This document shows, one piece after another, positions 1-9,244 of a stretch of DNA of 64,000 nucleotides. Numbering within the stretch: position 1 is the first letter of the stretch; the number at the start of each line of letters is the position of its first letter. The notes beneath the pieces are model-generated. The model had not been told where the DNA came from. It ran no database searches and worked only from the letters and a program-made list of their open reading frames with translations. Position numbers and translations under genes: made by a program. The DNA comes from an uncultured Lachnospiraceae bacterium (GTDB lineage: Bacteria; Bacillota; Clostridia; Lachnospirales; Lachnospiraceae), in contig CAMOMX010000001.1 in assembly GCA_946620035.1 (NCBI GenBank), positions 1,934-65,933 on the forward strand, in the 5' to 3' direction.

Positions 1-2453
1 TGGATACTCATGATCCGCACAACGTCCGCGTTTTCATCCAGCGTGTTGGCCTCTCCGTAGTCCACTTCCCTGTGGTGCATCTGATCGATATAGCGCACGA
101 AATCGAAAAGTCCGCTGAGCCCCATGCCGTCAAAGGATAAAGCCTGCGCGGACAGCATCCTCAGGTTCGCGGATCTCTGCTCCCCTCCCGGAAGCGCCCT
201 GCACCACTCCTCATAGCCCGTCTCTTCAAACAGCTGCGTCAAAAGATCGCGGATCGGAAGATAGATGACCCTTCCTCTCCATTTGTCCAAAAATCCGAGA
301 AAGCGGCGGCACTTGTCCCTGAGCGCGATCTCTTCCGGGTCGCTGTTTTTTGACGAGTCTTCAAGGTCCGCCGCCCGCATAAGACAGGTGTAGAGGTCGC
401 ATTCGCGCTCCGGCCCGTACAGGCGGATGCGGGCCGCCTCCTCCTCTGTAAAGCCGCCGAAGAATCCCTTGAGAGCGCCATAGAGGGGGATATCCTGCCT
501 GGGGTTGTCGAACACTCGGATGAGTTCAAGGACCGTCCGGATCTCCCTGGCGGAGAAATATCCGGTCCTGGACTCAATGTAGTAGGGAATTCCCTCCGAC
601 TCGAAGACCTTTCTGAACTCCTCGCTCCAGCCTTTCGCGGTCCTCAAAAGTACGACGATATCTCCGAACCGGCAGGGCCTCATGCTCCCGTCTTCCGCTC
701 TGACGGGGAGCGAGCCGACCAGGTCCCTGATCTTTGCCGCGGCCGCCAGGGCTTCCTTCTGTACCGCGCTGAGCTTTCGGATCTCCTCCGGGATCTGCTC
801 TTTTTCCTCTTCCTTTTTGGGGTCGTCGAGGATGACAAGCTCCGTTTTGTAAAGGTCCGGCGCCGCCGGAGCGGGATAGGCCGCGCCCGTCTTAAGAGAT
901 ACGCTGTCGTCGTATTCGACGCCTCCGATCTCTCTTCTCATCAGTCTCATAAAGACATCGTTGACACTGTCCAGCACCTCTCCGCGGCTTCGGAAATTGC
1001 TGTCGAGGTCGATCCTTTCTGTCTCCTCGTCCAGCTTTCTGTATGCGCCCAGCTTTTGCATGAAGATCTCAGGCCTTGACAGACGGAATTTGTAGATGCT
1101 CTGCTTGACATCGCCGACCATGAAGCGGTTGTATTTTTCCTCATCCTCCGTCGAGATCATGCGGAGCAAAAGTTCCTGTATGTCGTTGCTGTCCTGGTAC
1201 TCATCGATCAGGATCTCGTCAAAATACTGGCGGTACGCGGCAGCTGCCCTTCTGGGGCGGTACGTGCCGTCCTGATCCTTCTCCGTAAGGATCTGCAGGG
1301 CAAAGTGCTCGAGGTCGACAAAGTCGATGACATTCTTCTCTCTCTTGGTCTTTTGAAAGCGCTGGATAAACCGGACGGCCAGATCGGAAAGCGCCTCCGC
1401 CACGGGCGCGATGTGCTTCATGTCGGAGAGGATCATTTCGGGATCGAGCTCCCGGTATGTCTCGTTTATTTTTTTGACGGTATCCCTGATCTTCTCGCGC
1501 CTTTTTTTCACCGCCTCCTTGAGATGAGGATCCGCCTCCGGGTATTTTTTGGCCGATACGACGGGAGCTCTTCCGAAAGATACGGACAGCGCCTGTGAGA
1601 TGCGGCCGAGTATCTCCTTCATCTCATCGGAGGAAAGGCTTCCGGCCCTGTCGATTCCCGGCACAGACAAAACTGCCGCCAATACCTCTTTTTCTTCGCA
1701 GATAAGAGGCAGATAGGGGGTAGGGCCGTCCGCGCGCTCGCAGTCAGCTTTCATCTGAAGATACTGCCTGTGCAGGTCCCGGATCCTGTCCGCGACCATG
1801 AGGATCGAGAGCTGCATCCAGCCGCAGGTCATGAGCGCCTCCGCGCTCTCCGCCCGGTAGTCCGAGGCCCTTTCCAGAAGCCATGCTTCCGGGTCCGGAC
1901 GGCTGACCGCCTGCCGGTAGAGGGTCTCCAGGATCGCCTCCAGTTCCCTGTCGGAATCTGTCCGGCAGAAATAATTCTCACACAGAAGAAGGGACGGATC
2001 CGCCTTCTCATAGCCCTCTTCCAGAAACGCTTCCAGCGCGTCTTTCCTCATAAGATCCGTCTCCGTCTGGTCCATCTGGCGAAATCCGGGATCCATGTCG
2101 ATCTCACTGAAATTGTTGCGAAGGACAAAGGTAAAAAAGCTGTCCATTGTCGTGATCTGCGCGTTATGAAGAAGCGTCTCCTGTCTCTGCAGGTGGACGT
2201 TTTCCGGATCCTCTTCGATCTTTTTGGCGATCGCCTGGCCGATCCTCTCCCGCATCTGCGCGGCCGCCGCCTTGGTAAAGGTCACCACGAGAAGCCTGTC
2301 TATATCATGGGGGTGATCCCCCTCGCTGATCATTCTGACAATTCTCTCCACCAGAACGGCGGTCTTTCCGCTTCCGGCCGCGGCAGACACAAGTATGTTG
2401 TGGTTTCTCGCTTCTATCACTCTTGTCTGTTCATTTGTAAATGTGATCGCCAT
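1..2453 (-). CDS. addA: ATP-dependent helicase/nuclease subunit A (5' part; runs off window start)
   Basis: Read manually from ATG at 2453: MAITFTNEQTRVIEARNHNILVSAAAGSGKTAVLVERI (Walker A); later IDEYQD and VGDVKQSIYKFR UvrD motifs; directly downstream of addB. Confidence 0.95.
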   Translation of the reverse strand, partial: MAITFTNEQTRVIEARNHNILVSAAAGSGKTAVLVERIVRMISEGDHPHDIDRLLVVTFTKAAAAQMRERIGQAIAKKIEEDPENVHLQRQETLLHNAQITTMDSFFTFVLRNNFSEIDMDPGFRQMDQTETDLMRKDALEAFLEEGYEKADPSLLLCENYFCRTDSDRELEAILETLYRQAVSRPDPEAWLLERASDYRAESAEALMTCGWMQLSILMVADRIRDLHRQYLQMKADCERADGPTPYLPLICEEKEVLAAVLSVPGIDRAGSLSSDEMKEILGRISQALSVSFGRAPVVSAKKYPEADPHLKEAVKKRREKIRDTVKKINETYRELDPEMILSDMKHIAPVAEALSDLAVRFIQRFQKTKREKNVIDFVDLEHFALQILTEKDQDGTYRPRRAAAAYRQYFDEILIDEYQDSNDIQELLLRMISTEDEEKYNRFMVGDVKQSIYKFRLSRPEIFMQKLGAYRKLDEETERIDLDSNFRSRGEVLDSVNDVFMRLMRREIGGVEYDDSVSLKTGAAYPAPAAPDLYKTELVILDDPKKEEEKEQIPEEIRKLSAVQKEALAAAAKIRDLVGSLPVRAEDGSMRPCRFGDIVVLLRTAKGWSEEFRKVFESEGIPYYIESRTGYFSAREIRTVLELIRVFDNPRQDIPLYGALKGFFGGFTEEEAARIRLYGPERECDLYTCLMRAADLEDSSKNSDPEEIALRDKCRRFLGFLDKWRGRVIYLPIRDLLTQLFEETGYEEWCRALPGGEQRSANLRMLSAQALSFDGMGLSGLFDFVRYIDQMHHREVDYGEANTLDENADVVRIMSI

Positions 2454-2518
2454 TTTTCCTCCATGTCCAAGCGCTCAGCGTGCGTGAAAGATCCTCTCAT
2501 AAAGAGGGTCTTTCACCC

Positions 2519-5500
2519 TTACTCCTCGCGGTACTCAAAGCCGTCGATCGACAGGTCAAATCCGCACACGTTTTTGTAGGGGCAGTATTCACACGCCTCT
2601 TTTTTTCCGTTTTCCCACACAGCGGGCTCCGCGGAAGCTTTTCCGTCCAGTATATCCTGCGCAAGTGCGCAGATCACCTCTCTCACCTCGCCGCTAAGCT
2701 CGCGGAACTTCTGTGTGGAATAGGCAGAGGAGGTCCCGGATATCTCCCCGTTCTTATTGACCCTGAGAGGCATGACATCGCTGTTTGTGCCGGGCTGATA
2801 TCCCCTGTGAAGGTGCCCGTAGGACTCCGGGTCCGAGTCGACCATTCCGCCGGGCTTAAGTTCGGCCCGGATCTGATCGGCCAGGTCATTTTCGTCCGGG
2901 TCCTCCCGGCCCTTCGTGACATTGATCACGGGGTCCTTGATCTGATAGTACATCATGGCGGAAGGGATGACCGAAGTGCCGGGGTTCCTGGAAAGAAGAT
3001 CCTCCATCACGGCATTCATGTAGAGGATCAGCTGCAGCTGAAGCCCCCTTCTCATCATCTCCTCGTCGAGTTTGACGGATCCCGATTTGTAATCCAGTAT
3101 TTTGACAAATACTTTTCCGTCCTCCCTGCACAGGTCGATCCGGTCGATCCGTCCCTCCAGAAGGAGCTCCGCGCCGTCCTCAAGAGGGATCCGGATCGCG
3201 CCGGCATCGCCTCCCCGGCCGAATTTCAGCTCAAACTTCTCGGGGACAAAATCTCCCTTCCGGAGCTGATACTGAAGCGTATCCACGCTTCTTTGAAGGA
3301 TCCTCTCCATCCTGGCGAGCTGATATTCGCTTCTTTTGGTGTCGTGCATGACCTGGTCGTTGTAGACGGCCGCCGTCTCTTTGAGCGCCTCCGCTATGAG
3401 AGCGCTCCCCTCCCGGGGCGTAAAATCCTTCCAGGCAATGCCCCTGGATTCCAGTTTCCTGCTGAACCGGTAAAGGCTCTGGTGCAGGATCGAGCCGGTA
3501 TCCCCGGAACCGATCACAAATTCCTTTCTCTCCGAGAGCCTGAGTCCGTATTGGAGGAAGTGATAAAGAGAGCATTTGGCCGCGGTCTCAAGGCGGCTCA
3601 CGCTGCCCTCCACCCTGTTTCCGTAAAGCTTCCCCGCTGTCTCCTTTGAGATCCAGACGGGATCGTAGCGGGTAAAAGCCGCGTCCTTGAGCCCCTCGAG
3701 TCTGAACGCCGTCTCTGGGTCCGCCTCGCGCATAAGAAAGCCGTAGGCCGTCCTGATCACGTCATCCTCATCGCTCCCCGTCCGCCCCTGGGCGTAGTCC
3801 CTGAGCGCCCCGGAAAGCCAGACAATGCTGTCCCTCCGGGCCGTGAGCTGCTCCTGCGCCGGTCGGTTCTGCGGATGCGCGATCGCCACATCGGGAAAGA
3901 GTTTTCGGATCATCTGAATCAGGTAGGAGGCATGGAGCGCGCCGCCCTCCGGACTTGTCCTTGCATAGGAAAGGCGCAGGCTGTCCGTCGGCTTCGTCAT
4001 ATTCATATACAGGTAGAGCCTCTGAATATACATCTGCTGCCTGGGAGTCGGAGAAAGCTCCGCGCCCGACCTTTTCAGAAATTCCCTGTCCAGATCCGAC
4101 AAAAGTCCTCCCCTGGAGGTTCCTCTCGGAATATTGCCGTCATTTGCGCCCGAAAGAAAGAGGATCCGGCACTCCGAGAGTCTGGTTCTCTCAATGTCGC
4201 CGACAAGGACCCTGTCCGCCTGCTGCGGCAGGGTTCCGAGCCTGATCTGGGAAAATCCGGCTTCCAGGAGTTCCGCGTACTCCGGCGCGGAGACGGTCTC
4301 CCCGCCGATCAGGTCGTAGATCAGGTCCAGGAGGGAGATGACGCTTTTGTACATCTGGCCGAACTGCTTTTCGCGGACATAGTCTCCGCTCTCGCGGAAA
4401 GAATCCGTCAGTTCCGCCATCCGCTCCTCCGCCTTCACGCCGGTCAGAAACCGGTAGAGCGCCTCTGTCCTCTCCGCCGCCGTGAGAACCGGCATCCGCT
4501 CCTCGCCGATCCCTCCCGCCACCGGTTCGATCTCGCTCAGAAACCGGGTCCTCAGGGGTTCCATCTCGGCCTCAAAGGGAAGACTCCATTTCTTTCTCCC
4601 CCTGATCCCGTGCCTGAGGCAGTAGTTCTCGAGGACATCCGTCTCCTGCGCGGTGAGGCCGCTCATTCCGCTTCTCAGATACCGGAACACGGCCGCGTAG
4701 GAATATCCCTGGGGCCTGATCTGAAGAACGCTCCGGATGGATTCTGTCAAAGGATTGAGGCCGGCACTGCTTGTCCTGTCAATATAGACCGGAATACCGT
4801 ATCTCGCCGCCTGCTTTTCAAAGATGCTCCCGTACCGCTCAAGGTCTCCGCACACGACAGAGACCGCGCGATACTGGTAGCCCTCCGTGAGGACCAGCTT
4901 TTTGATCTCTATACAGATCTGGCGCACTTCCTCTTCCGGGGTGTCGCACTCCGAAATCCGGATCTTTCCCTCCGTATCTCCTCTGTAGGCAGATGCGGGA
5001 TAGCGGAAAATATGCCGCTCCAGATGCGCGAGCACGGGATTGTCCCGGAACCGGAAGGGCACGTCTCCCTCTTCCCGGACAAACAGGTCCTCCTTTCTCG
5101 AAAGGCCTTCCCTCGCGGCGATCGCGTCTATGTCACACACCGTCTTTCTGGTCAGGTAATAGAGCGCGTCCTCCTTCCCGGGGGATCTGTGCGCGTGTAC
5201 CCAATCGATCTGTCTTCCGCCGTCGTCCCCCATCGTCAGGGCGATCACAACCTCTTTGGAGCAGCGGATCAGAGCGGCAATCACACGGTACTGCACAGGG
5301 GTAAACCCGGTAAAGCCGTCCAGTACGAATACGCTCTTTTTCACGAGCCCGGAAGAGGGGATGGCCTCTGCCAGAAGGTCCAGCCTCTCCTCTGAAGTGA
5401 TGTACCGGTCCTTTTTGCCCTGAAGGAACGCCTCGTAGATCGTCGAGAGGTCCGAAAGCCTGGCCATCAGCGCTCCCTGTCCGTGGTCCCGGGCAATCTT

Positions 5501-5947
5501 CTGCATTTCGGAGAGCTCCTCCCCGCCGATGCCGTACTGCATAAATTCGGAGAGGACCGACTTGATCTCCGAGATCATGCCGGGATAATGGATGCTCTTT
5601 TTGAGGATCGTAAGCTCCGATTCGCATTTTCCTGCGACCCTCCTTATGAGCAGCGACTTTCCCGTCTCGCCAAGGACAGCGCGGTCGCTGACGCCGGTCT
5701 CTTCGAAAATGCGGTGGGTCAGCCTTCCGAAGCTGAGCACATCAACATTTAAGATCCCTTTGTTACGGGACTCGGACACAATTTCCTTCTGCGTCTGCAT
5801 CGAGTACTGGTCAGGCACAATGATCACATAGTTGTCCCTGAGCGTATTTCCGTCCCCCTGCGAGGGATCTGCCTTTTCCAATATTCCGGCATGTAAGAGC
5901 CGGCTCTTTCCCGCCCCTGAAGGCCCGAAGCAAAATCTGTAACTCAT
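2519..5947 (-). CDS. addB: ATP-dependent helicase/nuclease subunit B
   Basis: 1142 aa; N-terminal GPSGAGKS, nuclease motif GRIDRID..ILDYKSG, C-terminal Fe-S cysteines CEYCPYKNVC; adjacent to addA. Confidence 0.95.
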   Translation of the reverse strand: MSYRFCFGPSGAGKSRLLHAGILEKADPSQGDGNTLRDNYVIIVPDQYSMQTQKEIVSESRNKGILNVDVLSFGRLTHRIFEETGVSDRAVLGETGKSLLIRRVAGKCESELTILKKSIHYPGMISEIKSVLSEFMQYGIGGEELSEMQKIARDHGQGALMARLSDLSTIYEAFLQGKKDRYITSEERLDLLAEAIPSSGLVKKSVFVLDGFTGFTPVQYRVIAALIRCSKEVVIALTMGDDGGRQIDWVHAHRSPGKEDALYYLTRKTVCDIDAIAAREGLSRKEDLFVREEGDVPFRFRDNPVLAHLERHIFRYPASAYRGDTEGKIRISECDTPEEEVRQICIEIKKLVLTEGYQYRAVSVVCGDLERYGSIFEKQAARYGIPVYIDRTSSAGLNPLTESIRSVLQIRPQGYSYAAVFRYLRSGMSGLTAQETDVLENYCLRHGIRGRKKWSLPFEAEMEPLRTRFLSEIEPVAGGIGEERMPVLTAAERTEALYRFLTGVKAEERMAELTDSFRESGDYVREKQFGQMYKSVISLLDLIYDLIGGETVSAPEYAELLEAGFSQIRLGTLPQQADRVLVGDIERTRLSECRILFLSGANDGNIPRGTSRGGLLSDLDREFLKRSGAELSPTPRQQMYIQRLYLYMNMTKPTDSLRLSYARTSPEGGALHASYLIQMIRKLFPDVAIAHPQNRPAQEQLTARRDSIVWLSGALRDYAQGRTGSDEDDVIRTAYGFLMREADPETAFRLEGLKDAAFTRYDPVWISKETAGKLYGNRVEGSVSRLETAAKCSLYHFLQYGLRLSERKEFVIGSGDTGSILHQSLYRFSRKLESRGIAWKDFTPREGSALIAEALKETAAVYNDQVMHDTKRSEYQLARMERILQRSVDTLQYQLRKGDFVPEKFELKFGRGGDAGAIRIPLEDGAELLLEGRIDRIDLCREDGKVFVKILDYKSGSVKLDEEMMRRGLQLQLILYMNAVMEDLLSRNPGTSVIPSAMMYYQIKDPVINVTKGREDPDENDLADQIRAELKPGGMVDSDPESYGHLHRGYQPGTNSDVMPLRVNKNGEISGTSSAYSTQKFRELSGEVREVICALAQDILDGKASAEPAVWENGKKEACEYCPYKNVCGFDLSIDGFEYREE

Positions 5948-5995
5948 AGAAACGGTCTCCTTTTCACTGGTCCTATCTTACACCCTGACAAGTCC

Positions 5996-6030
5996 AAAAA
6001 AAAGCGCCGTCCCGTAAGACAGCGCTTTTT
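5996..6030 (-). terminator. Intrinsic terminator after uracil permease
   Basis: aaaaagcgc..gtc/gac..gcgcttttt hairpin flanked by A and T runs. Confidence 0.7.
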
Positions 6031-6061
6031 AACTATAAGTTACAGAATACTTCTTTTCTTA

Positions 6062-7468
6062 TTACTTCTTTTCCTTTTCGCGGCTCTCGAGGATCGTCTC
6101 GCCGGAAATGATCTCGAAGTTTACGCCGGTGCGGTTGGGCTTGTCATCCTCGAAGTTGTAATCCTTACCGGGAAGGATCGCGTTGAGGAGGATTCCGACC
6201 AGGGAGCCGGTCGCAAGGCCGGAGAGGCTCAGCGTCATGGAGCCGACCGGAATGCTGATCGCGCCCGCGTTGGAGTAGCTGATTCCGATCGAGAGGACCA
6301 TGATGAGCGCCGCGATCAGGACGTTTCTGCTCTTGGAGAAATCCGTGTTCGTCTCCACAAGGTTCCTTACACCGACGGCAGAGATCATGCCGTAGAGGAC
6401 AAGGGAGATACCGCCGATCGTCGCGGAGGGCATCACTTCAATGATCGCCGCGAATTTGGGGCAGAAAGAGAGAAGGATGGCAAAGCCCGCCGCAATGCGG
6501 ATGACGCGGGGGTCATACACTTTTGTCAGTGTGAGAACGCCTGTGTTCTCACCGTAGGTCGTATTGGCCGGCGCGCCGAAGAGGGAAGCGATCGCAGTCG
6601 CAAGTCCGTCTCCCGTCAGCGTTCTGTGAAGTCCGGGATCCTTGATATAGTTGATGCCGCAGGTGGAGCTGATCGCGGAGATGTCTCCGATGTGCTCCAT
6701 CATGGTGGCAAGCGCAATGGGGACGATCGTCACAATGCTGGTGATCAGAAGCGCCGCATCCGGTTTTCCGCCCGCGAAGATGGAGAAGACCGTCTTCTCG
6801 AAGTGGATCGGGAATCCGATCCAGGGAGCCGATGCGACTCTGGAAAAGTCGATCTTTCCGGCAACCGCCGCGCACAGATAAGATCCGAGCACACCCAGAA
6901 GGATGGGGACGATCTTGATCATGCCCTTTCCCCAGATATTGCAGATGACGACGATGATGATCGCCACCAGCGCGACCCACCAGCAGCTCTCCACGTTATT
7001 GAGAGCGGAGGGCGCGAGGTTAAGTCCGATGGAAATGATAATGGGACCTGTCACGACCGGCGGGAAGTACTTCATGACTTTACTTGTGCCGTAGGCCTTA
7101 AAGAGAGCCGCAAGGACCAGATAGAGAAGTCCCGCGCACGCTACGCCAAAACATGCATAGGGCAGAAGCTCGCTGGGAGTGCCGTCGGCGCCGAGCGGCG
7201 CGATCGCTGCGTAACCACCCAGGAAAGCGAAAGACGATCCCAGAAATGCGGGAACTTTCTTCTTGGAGATCAGGTGAAACAGCAAAGTGCCAAGTCCTGC
7301 AAACAGAAGCGTGGTCGATACGTCAAGTCCGGTGATCAAAGGGACCACGACCGTTGCGCCAAACATAGCAAACATATGCTGAAGGCCCAATACGATCATC
7401 TTCGCCGTTCCGAGCTCGCGCGCATCATAGATCGGGCGCTCTCCAACTTTGAAATCCGTTTTGTTCAT
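6062..7468 (-). CDS. uraA: Uracil permease (NCS2/NAT family)
   Basis: LQHMFAMFG, GSSFAF, EHIGD, NAT signature TTYGENTGVLTLTK. Confidence 0.9.
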   Translation of the reverse strand: MNKTDFKVGERPIYDARELGTAKMIVLGLQHMFAMFGATVVVPLITGLDVSTTLLFAGLGTLLFHLISKKKVPAFLGSSFAFLGGYAAIAPLGADGTPSELLPYACFGVACAGLLYLVLAALFKAYGTSKVMKYFPPVVTGPIIISIGLNLAPSALNNVESCWWVALVAIIIVVICNIWGKGMIKIVPILLGVLGSYLCAAVAGKIDFSRVASAPWIGFPIHFEKTVFSIFAGGKPDAALLITSIVTIVPIALATMMEHIGDISAISSTCGINYIKDPGLHRTLTGDGLATAIASLFGAPANTTYGENTGVLTLTKVYDPRVIRIAAGFAILLSFCPKFAAIIEVMPSATIGGISLVLYGMISAVGVRNLVETNTDFSKSRNVLIAALIMVLSIGISYSNAGAISIPVGSMTLSLSGLATGSLVGILLNAILPGKDYNFEDDKPNRTGVNFEIISGETILESREKEKK

Positions 7469-7533
7469 ATATATTTCCTCCTGTTTAATATCGGGAAGGG
7501 GCTGCCTGATAGCCTTATCAAACCTGAATCTGC

Positions 7534-7569
7534 AAAAAACACGTCAGGGAACACGAATCCCTGACGTGT
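7534..7569 (-). terminator. Attenuator-like intrinsic terminator in the uraA leader
   Basis: Perfect 12-bp stem acacgtcaggga/tccctgacgtgt, 7-nt loop, followed by a U run on the minus strand. Confidence 0.8.
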
Positions 7570-7571
7570 GA

Positions 7572-7616
7572 TCATATCCTTGGTATTCTGAATCGGGCAA
7601 TAAGCTTGTGTCTCAT
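7572..7616 (-). CDS. Putative 14-aa leader peptide MRHKLIARFRIPRI
   Basis: Preceded by GAGGAAAGGA SD-like sequence; stop codon lies 2 nt before the terminator stem. Confidence 0.5.
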   Translation of the reverse strand: MRHKLIARFRIPRI

Positions 7617-7644
7617 AGCAGTCCTTTCCTCAAATCTCTAAATG

Positions 7645-7673
7645 ATTCTATACAAGAACATTCGAGAAGTCAA
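7645..7673 (-). promoter_or_regulatory. Sigma-A promoter for the uraA leader
   Basis: TTGACT-17 nt-TAGAAT. Confidence 0.7.
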
Positions 7674-7731
7674 GGACAATCCCGATCCGATCATAGACAT
7701 TTATTGACCCGGACGGCGGGCCTTAAACCGC

Positions 7732-8319
7732 TTACTCCTCAGCGGCCTCTTTCTTGTCACCGTCTTCGGGAGCAGCCTCTGCGCCGACCTCTTCCTCATA
7801 GACAGCTTCCTTGTTCCTGTCATCCTCGTGGATGGCTTCGCCGTTCTCTTCACCCTCATAGACGGCCTCTTTGTTCACGTCATCTTCGTGAACCGACTCG
7901 CCGGGCAGATCTTCCTCAGACAGAGCCTTGGCAACCGCCTCATCGAGGACTTCGTCGTCAATCTTGTCATCCTCTTCCTTGAGGATATCCTTGACCTTGG
8001 TCGCGGAGTCAACAACAGCATCTTTCACTTTGCCCGCTGTCTCTCCCACTACATCCAGGACTTCCTCGCCTTTAGGGCCGATGGCTTCTCTCACCTTCGC
8101 CATGGCATCCTGAGATCCCTCCTTGATCGTCGTATAGGTTCTGTTGGCAGCTGTCTTAAGTCTCTCAGCCGCATCATTTTCCTCGTCCGGGGTCACAGAG
8201 GCGTCATCCTCGAACTCATCCACGCCGCTCTTCTTGCTCTCCTCAAGATAGTTGTAAACTGTCGCCGCCGCGACGCCTGCTGCTGCCAGTCCTACAAGGA
8301 ATTTTCCCAACTTAAACAT
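7732..8319 (-). CDS. Acidic protein with N-terminal membrane anchor (YtxH-like architecture)
   Basis: MFKLGKFLVGLAAAGVAAATVY anchor, helical middle region, E/D-rich tail; SD AAGGAGG upstream. Confidence 0.7.
   Translation of the reverse strand: MFKLGKFLVGLAAAGVAAATVYNYLEESKKSGVDEFEDDASVTPDEENDAAERLKTAANRTYTTIKEGSQDAMAKVREAIGPKGEEVLDVVGETAGKVKDAVVDSATKVKDILKEEDDKIDDEVLDEAVAKALSEEDLPGESVHEDDVNKEAVYEGEENGEAIHEDDRNKEAVYEEEVGAEAAPEDGDKKEAAEE
7794..7903. repeat. Imperfect 60-bp tandem duplication inside the CDS
   Basis: cctcatagacagcttccttgttcctgtcatcctcgtg repeats 60 nt later as cctcatagacggcctctttgttcacgtcatcttcgtg (peptide HEDDxNKEAVYE twice). Confidence 0.8.
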
Positions 8320-8501
8320 AATAACCTCCTTCACTTCAAACGGATTTATCTCCGGCTTCCTTCATAGTACTCTATTCAGGCTCAAAGTTAAAGACTCAAA
8401 TGTCAACAAAATACTATATTTTTGTTACATTTATTGTCCCATATCGTAACCGATGATATCATAAAAAAGTAGTACTGTGTTCTGCCAGGGAGGTGGACAT
8501 C

Positions 8502-9104
8502 GTGAACGAAAAATTCTGGAGCCTGAAGAAAGAGAAGCAGGACAGCATGATCAACGGATCTTTGAAAGTGTTTGCCCTGAACGGGTTTAAGCATGCCAGC
8601 ACTGACGAGATCGTCGCGGAGGCCGGGATCAGCAAGGGACTTCTCTTCCACTACTTTTACAATAAGGTCGGCCTGTACGAATTTCTTGCCGAATACAGCG
8701 CGAGATTCGCCCTGGTCGAACTCAATTCGGAACTGAGAAGGAAAGAGCCGCTTCCGTTTTTCCGCCTTTTGGAGTCCGTCTCCCGGGCGGAAGCTTCCGC
8801 CATGAGCCGCTACCCCTGTCTCTACCTGTTTCTGAACACAGTGTCCGCGGAACTTGGCGACAAGGTCTCCGCTCAGGCGAAGGAGAGTCTCTCTCTGTAT
8901 ACAGAGAGAATACGCGAGCTGTCGGAAGCCTCCGTTCTTCCGGATTCCATGACGTGGCAGGATGCCGTCAGGATCGAATACTATGCGAAGCTTGTCCGCA
9001 CAGACATCATGGCTTCTCTTTACAGAAGCGGGGAATTTACCCCCGAAAGGTATCTGGCAGACGCACTGGAAACTATACGATATTTTGAAAAACTGTTTTC
9101 ATAA
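8502..9104 (+). CDS. TetR/AcrR family transcriptional regulator
   Basis: HTH ASTDEIVAEAGISKGLLFHYF; GTG start after GGAGG. Confidence 0.9.
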   Translation: MNEKFWSLKKEKQDSMINGSLKVFALNGFKHASTDEIVAEAGISKGLLFHYFYNKVGLYEFLAEYSARFALVELNSELRRKEPLPFFRLLESVSRAEASAMSRYPCLYLFLNTVSAELGDKVSAQAKESLSLYTERIRELSEASVLPDSMTWQDAVRIEYYAKLVRTDIMASLYRSGEFTPERYLADALETIRYFEKLFS

Positions 9105-9136
9105 AACTCTTATTCTGAGGCGGCGCCGCCGCTCAG

Positions 9137-9185
9137 CAAAAAAACTGCCGCACCGGATCTTTCCTCCGATGCGGCAGTTCTTCAT
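9137..9185. terminator. Bidirectional terminator between tetR and glnS
   Basis: aactgccgca..gga/tcc..tgcggcagtt stem with an A run on the left, between convergent genes. Confidence 0.7.
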
Positions 9186-9244
9186 TTACGTGCAAGGTTT
9201 CCCGGTTCCGAACACAGCCCCCGGCGTCTTCCGCCGTCTGATGC

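Noticed and set aside
1305-5752. Long plus-strand ORFs (e.g. 2480-3649, 3875-5395) and similar ones across the window
   Set aside because: Antisense shadows of well-supported minus-strand genes; no recognisable motifs
7617-7650. PyrR-binding loop
   Set aside because: AATCATTTAGAGATTTGAGGAAAGG only loosely resembles the consensus and overlaps the -10/TSS
8378-8410. CtsR-like TCAAA repeats
   Set aside because: Spacing and half-sites do not fit RGTCAAA-NAN-RGTCAAA
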